From a virus: DNA of 64,000 nt. Numbering within the stretch: position 1 is the stretch's first letter; the number at the start of each line of letters is the position of its first letter. Shown here piece by piece: positions 36,859 through 44,888 of this stretch. The DNA is taken from positions 3,768 to 67,767 of IMG/VR virus record IMGVR_UViG_3300018079_000002, one strand, 5' to 3'. A program made the translations under genes and the position numbers. The notes under the pieces are model-generated. The model had not been told where the DNA came from. It did no database searches and saw only the letters and a list, made by a program, of their open reading frames with translations.

Positions 36859-36992
36859 GCTGCCTCCTTTTCTTCCACCGGCTTCACCCAGCACCCCTGG
36901 GCTTGGTCCCATTCGGTCGCCTCTTGCGCCTCCAGGGTTAAGTAGGCCAGCATTTCCTTGCTGGACAATTGGCGATACATTTCGTAGGTCAT
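36855..36992 (-). CDS. Small hypothetical protein
   Basis: 45 aa from MTYEMY. Confidence 0.45.
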   Translation of the reverse strand: MTYEMYRQLSSKEMLAYLTLEAQEATEWDQAQGCWVKPVEEKEAA

Positions 36993-36996
36993 AAAG

Positions 36997-37578
36997 TTAA
37001 ACCTTCTTCCTCCGGGTAGGCCATTGGTTGAATACTCGGCCCAGGCAGGAGACGTTGAAGATGCATTGTGTGTGCCAGAATTGGGGTTCAAAGTCTTCGC
37101 AAATGACGTTCAGCGTGCAATTCGTCCAAAGGCTACCAACCAGTTCGGCGGAAACCACCGGCTTGCCGATCTTGTTGGCCAGCTTGATGATGTAGCCATC
37201 AAAGTATTTCGCCGTTGCCTCGTCCGCCATCTTGTCCAGGGTTTTATCCCAATCCTTGCGGGCAGCGACGAAGTAAGGCTGGTCACTGCCACTGCGTTGC
37301 ATTGCATACTTGTCAGTGCCTTCAAAGAATCGCCAGGCAAACTGGTTCAGCTCCATTGCGGCGATGTAGGCGTTACGGCCTTTATAGGTGGGGCCATAAC
37401 TCGCCGGGTAAGGAGCGACTTTGTTTAGGTCCAGGTTGTTCTGCGCCAGCTTGGCAGCAATTTCGTCCACCTGTGCGCGGACGTGCTGGCGGAAACGGGC
37501 ACGGTATTCAAGCCTCGGTGCAGCCAAGGCCGTCCGGAGGGTTTCGCTGACTTGTTCGAGTTTCTTTATTGCGCTCAT
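36997..37578 (-). CDS. Conserved phage early protein (leaderless)
   Basis: 193 aa; YIIKLANKIG...QCIFNVSCLGRVFNQWPTR; ATG 7 nt after sigma28-type -10. Confidence 0.75.
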   Translation of the reverse strand: MSAIKKLEQVSETLRTALAAPRLEYRARFRQHVRAQVDEIAAKLAQNNLDLNKVAPYPASYGPTYKGRNAYIAAMELNQFAWRFFEGTDKYAMQRSGSDQPYFVAARKDWDKTLDKMADEATAKYFDGYIIKLANKIGKPVVSAELVGSLWTNCTLNVICEDFEPQFWHTQCIFNVSCLGRVFNQWPTRRKKV

Positions 37579-37585
37579 ACTATTG

Positions 37586-37612
37586 TTATCGGTTGTTCGT
37601 CGTTAAACTTTA
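37586..37612 (-). promoter_or_regulatory. sigma28/FliA-type promoter
   Basis: TAAAGTTT-N11-ACCGATAA. Confidence 0.85.
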
Positions 37613-37906
37613 GGCCGTAAATCCTCCCAGCCGTGCCAGCTTGCCCAGGAAGGCCATGCCATTGGCCGATTCGCTGGACCACAAGTCCCAGAGGCAATAC
37701 AGGGCTTCTTCGCGGGTTTTGGGCTCCAGGTTCTCCACGTTCAGGGAGAACCGGTCAATGCCGTGGGTGTCAGTGGTCCGGCGGCAATCCACCTTGTATT
37801 TCGTGCCACGGAATTTAACCTGCTTGCCGTGCATCGCCAGCAGCGCAGCCTGGATGTCCATGGTCTCGCCGGTTTCGTTCGGGTATATCGTTCTTGTTGC
37901 ACTCAT
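37610..37906 (-). CDS. Hypothetical early protein (leaderless)
   Basis: 98 aa from MSATRT; stop TAA is the -35 TAAA of the next promoter. Confidence 0.7.
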   Translation of the reverse strand: MSATRTIYPNETGETMDIQAALLAMHGKQVKFRGTKYKVDCRRTTDTHGIDRFSLNVENLEPKTREEALYCLWDLWSSESANGMAFLGKLARLGGFTA

Positions 37907-37913
37907 GGTAATG

Positions 37914-37940
37914 GTATCGGTTAGCGGCGAACAAACTTTA
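37914..37940 (-). promoter_or_regulatory. sigma28/FliA-type promoter
   Basis: TAAAGTTT-N11-ACCGATAC. Confidence 0.85.
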
Positions 37941-38111
37941 GGCCGGGTTAAAGATGTGCTCCTGACGGCGAACAATCACACGGTCCAGCCGTTCGATTGC
38001 GGCCTGGGTTTCGGCCACCCGGTTCGCCAGCACCGAATCCCGGTGGTCCAGGGCTTCCAGGGCGTCCACGGCTTCCACTAAGGCTTTACGAATTTCGGTA
38101 ATCGTTTTCAT
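37938..38111 (-). CDS. Small coiled-coil protein
   Basis: 57 aa from MKTITEI. Confidence 0.6.
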   Translation of the reverse strand: MKTITEIRKALVEAVDALEALDHRDSVLANRVAETQAAIERLDRVIVRRQEHIFNPA

Positions 38112-38113
38112 GA

Positions 38114-38221
38114 TTACAGCCTCGCGAAGCAGATCACACACCACACAATTCCGTAAGCAATGGTTCCGGCCAGCTTCAGTGCTGTGCTCGCCTCTTCAAT
38201 CTTTTCGACTATTGTCGTCAT
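38114..38221 (-). CDS. Small single-TM membrane peptide (35 aa, leaderless)
   Basis: MTTIVEKIEEASTALKLAGTIAYGIVWCVICFARL; ATG 7 nt after -10. Confidence 0.6.
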   Translation of the reverse strand: MTTIVEKIEEASTALKLAGTIAYGIVWCVICFARL

Positions 38222-38228
38222 ATTCTTA

Positions 38229-38255
38229 GTATCGGTTGTTTTCGTTTTTACTTTA
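38229..38255 (-). promoter_or_regulatory. sigma28/FliA-type promoter
   Basis: TAAAGTAA-N11-ACCGATAC. Confidence 0.8.
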
Positions 38256-38513
38256 GGCGTTCGGGAAGGTGATTTTGACCCACCAGTGCGAATAATTCGC
38301 CGTTGAGGCACCGCCGGAGAAAGCCTTGTTGACTTCGCCCTTGCCCACCACCACCGCACCCGGCAGCGCAGCAACAACGCCAGCAGCGTATTGTTCTGCG
38401 TCCATGCCGTGGCGATAAAAGAAACCACGGCGCAAGGTGAAGACGCCTTCTTTGTGGGACACGGTGTCCGCCAGCCCCAGCTCCCGGATTTGTTTGACTG
38501 TCATTTTCATCAT
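38253..38513 (-). CDS. Hypothetical early protein (leaderless)
   Basis: 86 aa; FTLRRGFFYRHGMD. Confidence 0.7.
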   Translation of the reverse strand: MMKMTVKQIRELGLADTVSHKEGVFTLRRGFFYRHGMDAEQYAAGVVAALPGAVVVGKGEVNKAFSGGASTANYSHWWVKITFPNA

Positions 38514-38520
38514 ACCAATA

Positions 38521-38547
38521 CTATCGGCGAAAAGGCGAAAGACCTTA
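38521..38547 (-). promoter_or_regulatory. sigma28/FliA-type promoter
   Basis: TAAGGTCT-N11-GCCGATAG. Confidence 0.75.
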
Positions 38548-38587
38548 AGCCTAAATGACGAATAACCGTCCTTGGACCCTGAAACTG

Positions 38588-38616
38588 CGTAAGTCCCACA
38601 TCCATAGGGACTTACG
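38588..38616. repeat. Perfect 10-bp inverted repeat
   Basis: CGTAAGTCCC-acatccata-GGGACTTACG in non-coding DNA. Confidence 0.8.
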
Positions 38617-38736
38617 TAAAAACCCTCTAAAACAGCCTAGGCTGCGTCGAGGCTCCTAGGTGTATAATGGGGCAAAAACCGGCTCCGGCTGGCCTAGGGG
38701 CGAGCCTGGAGGGTGAAACCGGCCTGATTTTGTGGC

Positions 38737-39036
38737 CTAGGGCACACCACCCTTGATGCCCTGGATCAGCGCCTTGGTGGCTCCCTCGGTGATGGCCTTT
38801 ACCGAGTCGCTGTCCGGCTTGAGAGTTACACCCTCGGCATTGACGGTGCGAATAAATTCCATCGTCTGTGTCTCGGTTTTTAGCTTCGCGGCCTGACCGA
38901 ACATCAAGAACGTTTTGTGGCTCACGTCCACGATGTGATTCGTCCCTTGGGGTCCGTAGTAAGTAAACCGTTCGCGGTAGGTGCTGCATGCGGTCAGGGT
39001 TAGGCTAAGCATCAACAGAAGAAACATTTTGCTCAT
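38737..39036 (-). CDS. Lipoprotein
   Basis: MSKMFLLLMLSLTLTA-C lipobox. Confidence 0.75.
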   Translation of the reverse strand: MSKMFLLLMLSLTLTACSTYRERFTYYGPQGTNHIVDVSHKTFLMFGQAAKLKTETQTMEFIRTVNAEGVTLKPDSDSVKAITEGATKALIQGIKGGVP

Positions 39037-39379
39037 CGTCCAAGCTTAGGACCACGTAGCCGTCAGGCAAGCCGAAACCCTTGTCCATGACATAAAGCAC
39101 CCGGCGAAATAAATCGTCGCCATGTTTGGCATACTCGCCGTGCAGTGGTCCGCAGCCGCAACGTTCTCCCTCGCCACCACTATGACCCGCATGCGTGTAG
39201 TCGCGTCCGGTGCCATGGCAACGTTCGCACGGATAAAACTTCCGCAGGTGGAGTAAGTCACCCACCTGGAAGCCACGATCGTTTTTCCGGAATTCAAATC
39301 GCTTGTCACCGTCTTTGACAGCTTCGAATTGGTCCGGCCAACTTTTTAGTTCATGCACTTTCATATTATTCTTCTCCAC
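39005..39379 (-). CDS. DUF3850 / ASCH-PUA domain protein with inserted CxxCxGxG zinc motif
   Basis: VHELKSWPDQFEAVKDGDKRFEFRKNDRGFQVGDLLHL; GLPDGYVVLSL. Confidence 0.85.
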   Translation of the reverse strand: MEKNNMKVHELKSWPDQFEAVKDGDKRFEFRKNDRGFQVGDLLHLRKFYPCERCHGTGRDYTHAGHSGGEGERCGCGPLHGEYAKHGDDLFRRVLYVMDKGFGLPDGYVVLSLDDEQNVSSVDA

Positions 39380-39765
39380 TCGTTCATTATCTGAATAAAC
39401 TGCAGACGGTCTAGGGGCACCGCACCCAGCTTCAGTGCCTGACTCCGTTGTTCTGGCGACAAGTCGTAGTGCGGCACCGGGTGCGGATTGTGCGCCGAAC
39501 GTTCAATGTCCAGCTTCCTGGCCATGCGGTGAAGGATATCCAGGTGGCAGGTGCCAGGGTTGGTCAGCAAGTAACAACTCAGGCGTCCCGAGCTGGTGGT
39601 GCTGACCGGCTGGCACTCGTCCACGAAGACCGGGATGAAGGTAGGCGTGGTGCATTCACCCCGGTCGCACTGCGGGCAATGACCAATCACAATCACCGAG
39701 CCATCGTCCAGGAATTGAATCGCCTGGACTCGGTCGAGGATGGTCATACACGCCATGCAGTTCAT
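39361..39765 (-). CDS. DUF4031 protein with N-terminal zinc ribbon
   Basis: CMAC...CPQC; VFVDE, LHRMARKLDI, HYDLSPEQRSQALKLGAV. Confidence 0.75.
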   Translation of the reverse strand: MNCMACMTILDRVQAIQFLDDGSVIVIGHCPQCDRGECTTPTFIPVFVDECQPVSTTSSGRLSCYLLTNPGTCHLDILHRMARKLDIERSAHNPHPVPHYDLSPEQRSQALKLGAVPLDRLQFIQIMNEWRRII

Positions 39766-40007
39766 ACCGGTGTCCCGTCGCTGTAACCTTGATGAGTTAC
39801 CTTAGCGGTGTTTTCCTTCGTGCTGCAGTCCACGCAAATGTGTTCCCATTCCGTGCGGCATTGCGGATGTGGCCGCACCAGCCAACCGTTCTGTTTGATG
39901 ATGGCCACCACCTGGCGGAAGTCTGCTGCCTCCAGGTCTTCTTCGCTGTGGCTGCACCGGTCGCAGCTAACGTCCCACAACCCGCGCGATGTGCCTCGTT
40001 CGATCAT
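39762..40007 (-). CDS. Small zinc-finger protein
   Basis: CDRC...GW...HICVDC. Confidence 0.65.
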   Translation of the reverse strand: MIERGTSRGLWDVSCDRCSHSEEDLEAADFRQVVAIIKQNGWLVRPHPQCRTEWEHICVDCSTKENTAKVTHQGYSDGTPV

Positions 40008-40699
40008 TTTGAGTATGTCAGTCCTTGCAATTGACTATAGGCAATGCCTCGTTCGTGCATTGCTTTGCGCCACAGCGTCCAGTCCTCGTCAGGCAGTCCC
40101 TCTGGGCGAGTGGTCATTAGCTGGGCCAGGTTCGGCTCAAAGAAGTTTGGACCCTTACCCACCTTGCCACTGGGGAATTTAATTGGACGGCCGTCCTCAC
40201 CAAGCTTGGACATATTGCTGCGGTGCACTTCGGTATAACCGGCAAAGCGTAAGCTGCCAAAGCCCAGGGAACGCCAGGCCAGGTCCAGCTCGTTCTGGAC
40301 ACGGTTCAAACACGAAGGCAGCAGGTCCACCTGCCCGTCCGCCACGTGCTTGATGAACCGTGCGTGCTCCCGGTTCAACCCGGCCAGCAGGTTCAGATTG
40401 TTTTCCAGGTTGGTCATGCCAAGGACGGGTTTATCGACCAAACTGAATTCGCGTTTGGACTCCGGCATGCCGAAGGTGCGGTAAGTGCCGTCCACCACGT
40501 ATTGGCTGTCCACCAGCGCATCAAAGACCGCAATGGGGTCTTGTGCGGCCAGAGCAGCAGCGAGCTCGCTAAGTTCTCCGCCAATGAGTTGGATGCGGAC
40601 GAAGATGGTTTGGGCGTCCGGAATTCCGAGCCTCGACAGTTCTTTGATTTCATAGACACGATGGAATTCTCCATTCAGGTCGATCGTTTTGGTTTGCAT
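40004..40699 (-). CDS. MazG-like NTP pyrophosphohydrolase (PRA-PH/DR2231 type) with helical insertion
   Basis: From MQTKT; ELSEL...DALVDSQYVVDG and EVHRSNMSKLGEDGRPI..GKVGKGPNF. Confidence 0.85.
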   Translation of the reverse strand: MQTKTIDLNGEFHRVYEIKELSRLGIPDAQTIFVRIQLIGGELSELAAALAAQDPIAVFDALVDSQYVVDGTYRTFGMPESKREFSLVDKPVLGMTNLENNLNLLAGLNREHARFIKHVADGQVDLLPSCLNRVQNELDLAWRSLGFGSLRFAGYTEVHRSNMSKLGEDGRPIKFPSGKVGKGPNFFEPNLAQLMTTRPEGLPDEDWTLWRKAMHERGIAYSQLQGLTYSK

Positions 40700-40866
40700 A
40701 TTAGTTTGATGATGACGTATAGGCACCACAAGGGCCAGCTCAGCACCAAACAGATATGCCATCCTGGCCCTAAGTCGCGTCCTGCGGTTTTGAAGAAGGC
40801 ACGGGCACACACGTGCCCAAGCCATAGGTAAATTATCGCTGCAAGTGATTCGAGGAAGAAGTTCAT
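40675..40866 (-). CDS. Small two-TM membrane protein
   Basis: MNFFLESLAAIIYLWLG...ICLVLSWPLWCLYVII. Confidence 0.55.
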   Translation of the reverse strand: MNFFLESLAAIIYLWLGHVCARAFFKTAGRDLGPGWHICLVLSWPLWCLYVIIKLICKPKRST

Positions 40867-40951
40867 AGGTTCAAAAGTAAACCCTGACGAAGGTGATGAG
40901 CCTCCGCCAGGGCACCTACGGCCAGCCTGAGCGCAACTGAATGGCTCGCCG

Positions 40952-41158
40952 TTAAGCTTGGACCATACTGCGGGTGATAAACTCCGTCTCCAGCCGAATC
41001 GTCTCCCGGTGCGCCTTGGCGCATTCGGGACAGATCGTATGGGAAACGGCCACACCCACAAGTTGCTGCGGGTCGCAGCGCAAGAACTTGCCGGACAAGA
41101 TGTCCTGTTTCTTGCTGCACCACGAGCAGACCAACGTGAACTGTTTCTCTGTTCTCAT
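40952..41158 (-). CDS. Small zinc-binding protein
   Basis: VCSWC...SHTICPEC. Confidence 0.65.
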   Translation of the reverse strand: MRTEKQFTLVCSWCSKKQDILSGKFLRCDPQQLVGVAVSHTICPECAKAHRETIRLETEFITRSMVQA

Positions 41159-41219
41159 CAAATGGACCCATCGGCTGGACCACCGCAAACCTTAAACAAT
41201 ATTTTGCGCTCATGGCCGG

Positions 41220-41248
41220 AGTATCCCCCCTCCCACCGGGTTGGCCAA
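41220..41248 (-). promoter_or_regulatory. Putative sigma70-type promoter
   Basis: TTGGCC-N17-GATACT after the primase stop. Confidence 0.4.
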
Positions 41249-41274
41249 GCCTTTTGTTGTCTTTTTATACACCC

Positions 41275-43668
41275 TCAAAATGGCTCCTTGGCCTTCGGCA
41301 GCTCCGGCTGGTCCTCACACGCATTGGGGTCGCCCCAGACTTCCTCGCCATAAATCTTGGCCCAGGAGGCACGGCACTGGTCCAGGTCTGGCAGGCAGTA
41401 ATGATAGGCTCGCCGTTTCTTTTTCTTAGTGACACCGTCCGCATCGATCTCGCTTACGGTGGTCAGCAATTGGCGGGTGAGCATCGCTGGCACCACTCGC
41501 CGGATGAATTGGCCTAGCACCGTTTCGTTCGACCGTCGTGCCATGATCTGCGCTTCCTGCATATAGCGCACGTAGTCCACGAACAACTCGCGCTTCGAGA
41601 CCTGGTTGTGCCAGCCGTCGTCCCTGACTAATACCCGGCCATCGTGCAACTTACGATACCACCACTCCTCGTCCGGACTTAGCGACATGATCTTCTGTTC
41701 CTGCAGCGCCTTGGTTTTCGGCACATCACGCACCTGGAAGTTACCCAGCTCGAACGTTAGCAGGAAGTGCAGCAGCGCCTCGCGGCCACCGTTGTCCAGC
41801 TCATCCCTGATCTTCTCGAAATATTTAGTGTCCTGCTTTTTGCTGTCGCCCACGTCCAGGACGAAGAACCTGCGCTCGTCTTTACCGGCTGGAATAATCC
41901 ACTGACTGTTCGAAGCCATAATCACGTGCGTGAAATTGGGGCTAACTTCCACGTCTAGTCCCTTACCTTCCACCGGGATGGTTTCCTCGGTGATCAGCAT
42001 CTTGAGCACGGACTCATGCTTCTTGTCTCCAGCATAGAACGCTTCGTCCGCAAACAGCACCACACAGTCACGTAGGTGCGCATTGAACGAGCCCACCAGG
42101 TGCTTGGGGTCTGCCACCTGGAGGAAGTGCCGTCCAAACAGCGAGCCCAATTGTTTGGCGAATAAACCTTTACCTACGCCTTGATCACCGCGCAGCACCA
42201 CCGCCACTTCTCCTGGGCTATCCGGCTGCTGCACCGCACGCACCATCCAGCGTATCAGGTAATCAAAGTGGTCCTTGTTACCATTGCATATGTTCGTCTT
42301 CAGGTGGGTCAGGAACAAACCACAATCTCCCTCCTTGGGCTCGACCGCGAAGCCTTTCCATAGGTTGTATACGTCTGCCTCGGTCTCTCGCCCAGGGGAG
42401 AACACGATGGACTCGTATTGGCGACGTTTGGCATGCTGCAGCCACCACTTGCCCAGGGGGATGCGAATGGTAACGCCTTCCTTGTTCTTACCACCGTCCA
42501 CCAGGATGTGCATGTGACGATTGCGGAAGTCATCGAAGCTTTGCTTGGTCAGCCGGTGGCGTTTCAATGCCGCGTCGAAAACTTCCTCCACAATCCGACA
42601 CCGGCCACCCATGTTACCAATGACCGCGAAACGTTCGTTGAGTTTACGGAGCCAGGGGTCCACCGCCTCTTCCTTGGCGCGTTCAATCTGGCGCAGGGCA
42701 TATTTCTCGGTGTTCCGGCCTTTGTCCAGCACTGATTCGCTGATCTTAAAATCCGGGTCCGTAATGACGGCATAGATGACTTCGTCCGGGACTTCTGCAC
42801 GCACCAGTTGGCAGAGGCAGTCAAATAGCCAGGCACTGCGGCTATCGTCACCAAGCTTCTTCTCATCTGGCACCTTGCCCTGGACGATCAAGACCTTGAC
42901 CCGGTCAGTGACGTTCCACTCGTTCAGCTCTTCAATGTCGTCGAGCCTGCGCACGTTGCCAGATACCTTCGGCTGGTTCTGACCACCGGAGAAGCCTTTG
43001 TCGTCCGGCCTTTGGGTAGGTGCGGCTGGAGTAAATTCGGCAATGTTATATACCCGGTGCGGATTGTGCTCGACTACTTCGGCCAGCTCCTCCTGGCGTC
43101 CCTTCTTTTTCTTCCGCGCATCGGGTATGTTGATGGTGCCAGGTAGGCGCATGAGCCGATCAATGTTGTGGCAGTTATCACCACCAAAGATCAGTTCGAG
43201 CTGGATGTTGTAACGCTTGGCGTCTTCCGCACGGCCTAAGTCACCATCAATGGGAATAGGCTCCTTGAGTTTCCAGAAAGCCTGATACCCACCACCACTG
43301 AACACAATGAAGGTGGGCTTGACCGTCTTAGTAGGTGACTGGAGTAAGCCCAGGGCACGCTTACGCTCCGTGTCCAGGTCTTCCCCGGCACGTGGGTCAA
43401 TGTCCACGTGCAGGTAGGCAACTTCCTTGATGTCCTCGCGTTCGGCCTTCTTGGTGATGGCCTGACTTACTGGGTTGACATGCCAGTAAAGATTGCGCTC
43501 GCCGTTATACTTCTTGAGCCAGTTAAGCAGCCCACGTTTTTGGTCCGGGTAGAAGGTCTGGGTCTCAATGCTCTTCTTGTCGATGGAGATAGCCGTGAGT
43601 GCCCATGGCCCTTCCGGATACACCAGCTCCAGGAATTCAACGGCCTTATCGTTTTGAGGCGTGGCCAT
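41275..43668 (-). CDS. DNA primase-helicase (RepB-like primase + SF3/DUF5906 helicase)
   Basis: 797 aa; HVDID, SGGGYQAFW, RLMRLPGT; Walker A GDQGVGKG; FADEA; FTHVIMASN; ERRFFV. Confidence 0.92.
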   Translation of the reverse strand: MATPQNDKAVEFLELVYPEGPWALTAISIDKKSIETQTFYPDQKRGLLNWLKKYNGERNLYWHVNPVSQAITKKAEREDIKEVAYLHVDIDPRAGEDLDTERKRALGLLQSPTKTVKPTFIVFSGGGYQAFWKLKEPIPIDGDLGRAEDAKRYNIQLELIFGGDNCHNIDRLMRLPGTINIPDARKKKKGRQEELAEVVEHNPHRVYNIAEFTPAAPTQRPDDKGFSGGQNQPKVSGNVRRLDDIEELNEWNVTDRVKVLIVQGKVPDEKKLGDDSRSAWLFDCLCQLVRAEVPDEVIYAVITDPDFKISESVLDKGRNTEKYALRQIERAKEEAVDPWLRKLNERFAVIGNMGGRCRIVEEVFDAALKRHRLTKQSFDDFRNRHMHILVDGGKNKEGVTIRIPLGKWWLQHAKRRQYESIVFSPGRETEADVYNLWKGFAVEPKEGDCGLFLTHLKTNICNGNKDHFDYLIRWMVRAVQQPDSPGEVAVVLRGDQGVGKGLFAKQLGSLFGRHFLQVADPKHLVGSFNAHLRDCVVLFADEAFYAGDKKHESVLKMLITEETIPVEGKGLDVEVSPNFTHVIMASNSQWIIPAGKDERRFFVLDVGDSKKQDTKYFEKIRDELDNGGREALLHFLLTFELGNFQVRDVPKTKALQEQKIMSLSPDEEWWYRKLHDGRVLVRDDGWHNQVSKRELFVDYVRYMQEAQIMARRSNETVLGQFIRRVVPAMLTRQLLTTVSEIDADGVTKKKKRRAYHYCLPDLDQCRASWAKIYGEEVWGDPNACEDQPELPKAKEPF

Positions 43669-44038
43669 TGACGTTGCGCCTTGTCCAGAATTCTGTTAGT
43701 TGTTCACATGGCACCAGCCCACGTTCCATCTGGTTCAGCCACCACCGACAAACGTTCAATTGTTTCGCCAGTGCATCCTGGCGTAACCCAGAACGTTTTC
43801 GCATGACGTAAGCCTGCTCGAACGGCTTAATGTTTTCGACTCTGACCTGTGGCAGGGTAAGGTCAGTGCCGTTTTCCCATAGGAAATACTTTTGTGGGGT
43901 TACGCGGAAGTGTTTTGCCGCCTGTGGCTGACGCCACTGCTTGCGCCGTCGCCATACTCTTAGCCGTTCCTGGCTTGTTAGTGTCATTGTGTCCATATCG
44001 TCCGTGATGAAGAACGTCGAGCAGTTCTTGATCGACAA
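43646..44038 (-). CDS. Tandem XRE-family HTH regulator
   Basis: LRVWRRRKQWRQPQAAKHF...WENG and RKRSGLRQDALAKQL...NQMERG; probable start MDTMTL at 43996. Confidence 0.75.
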   Translation of the reverse strand: MSIKNCSTFFITDDMDTMTLTSQERLRVWRRRKQWRQPQAAKHFRVTPQKYFLWENGTDLTLPQVRVENIKPFEQAYVMRKRSGLRQDALAKQLNVCRWWLNQMERGLVPCEQLTEFWTRRNVNGHASKR

Positions 44039-44396
44039 GTCCTTCGTTCCATGTTTTCAATGCTCTCGTCCTGAGAGCAAGGCGGGGTAACTTACCCACA
44101 TCATAAGCCTGCTCACCGGAAAACAGGAGCCACTCGGTCCTGACCTGGAGCAGAAGATAAACTTCACCGCCCACCCGCCAGCGATTGATGATCCAGATGC
44201 GCTGCTGCTGAGTGAAGTGCGGTATCATAACAATGTCATGCACGTGGTCCGGCCAGCGCCGTAGCCACTTCAGCTCCAGCCAACCCTCGGCATAGTTCAC
44301 GTCCGGGGTGCCTGGATAGGCCGGGTTCTCCACGGCAATCGCGTTTAGCGAACGCAACGCCTTGCAGACTCGACCGCGCATGCCATATTCACTCAT
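43863..44396 (-). CDS. PD-(D/E)xK nuclease, putative Holliday junction resolvase
   Basis: MSEYGMR...VENPAYPGTPDVNY..GWLELK...FTQQQRIW. Confidence 0.8.
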   Translation of the reverse strand: MSEYGMRGRVCKALRSLNAIAVENPAYPGTPDVNYAEGWLELKWLRRWPDHVHDIVMIPHFTQQQRIWIINRWRVGGEVYLLLQVRTEWLLFSGEQAYDVGKLPRLALRTRALKTWNEGLVDQELLDVLHHGRYGHNDTNKPGTAKSMATAQAVASATGGKTLPRNPTKVFPMGKRH

Positions 44397-44875
44397 GCTA
44401 TTGCTTCGTATTCAGTAACTTCAATCCCGGCCTTAGTCAAAAGTTCTCGCGAACGATCGTAAGAGTCCTTCGGGATGTTATTAGTCGCCACCGTGGCCAG
44501 GGTTACTACCCGGCCAATCCGTTTCTGAACTAAGTGCACGGCGCAACGGCAGCAGGGCAGCACCGGGTAAGTAAACAGTGTGTGACCGGAAACGTGCTCG
44601 TTGGCGAAAAAGACCGCATTCATTTCCGCATGAATGGTCAGCTCCAGGCGTAGCCTCGGGTCGTGGAGCACCACTGGGTCATCCGGCATATCCTGGGGCA
44701 AACCGTTGAAGCCAACGGACGCAATGGTCAGGTCGTGCCGCACAATGACCGCACCCACTTTGGTCGAAGGGTCTTTGGACCAAGTGGAAACTTCTCGCGC
44801 TAGTCGTAGGAAGCGCATGTCCCATTTGGTTTGCTTTGCAGTCATCGCTCGTTCCAATTCAAACATGTTAGACAT
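44393..44875 (-). CDS. dCMP deaminase
   Basis: WSKDPSTKVGAVI, GFNG, HAEMNA, PCCRC. Confidence 0.95.
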   Translation of the reverse strand: MSNMFELERAMTAKQTKWDMRFLRLAREVSTWSKDPSTKVGAVIVRHDLTIASVGFNGLPQDMPDDPVVLHDPRLRLELTIHAEMNAVFFANEHVSGHTLFTYPVLPCCRCAVHLVQKRIGRVVTLATVATNNIPKDSYDRSRELLTKAGIEVTEYEAIA

Positions 44876-44888
44876 AAATTAGGCAACA

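Noticed and set aside
37570-38550. CRISPR-like array from the repeated motifs
   Set aside because: The repeats are bipartite promoter boxes separated by ORFs of variable length, not identical direct repeats with 30-40 nt spacers
38588-38616. Rho-independent terminator
   Set aside because: No U-tract follows the stem on either strand; kept only as an inverted repeat
40675-40866. Holin (also 59962..60159) and a lysis cassette
   Set aside because: Small TM proteins, but no adjacent endolysin or spanin; lysis genes probably lie outside the window
43646-44038. CI-like repressor / lysogeny switch
   Set aside because: No divergent promoter, peptidase domain or integrase; it sits co-directionally in the replication operon
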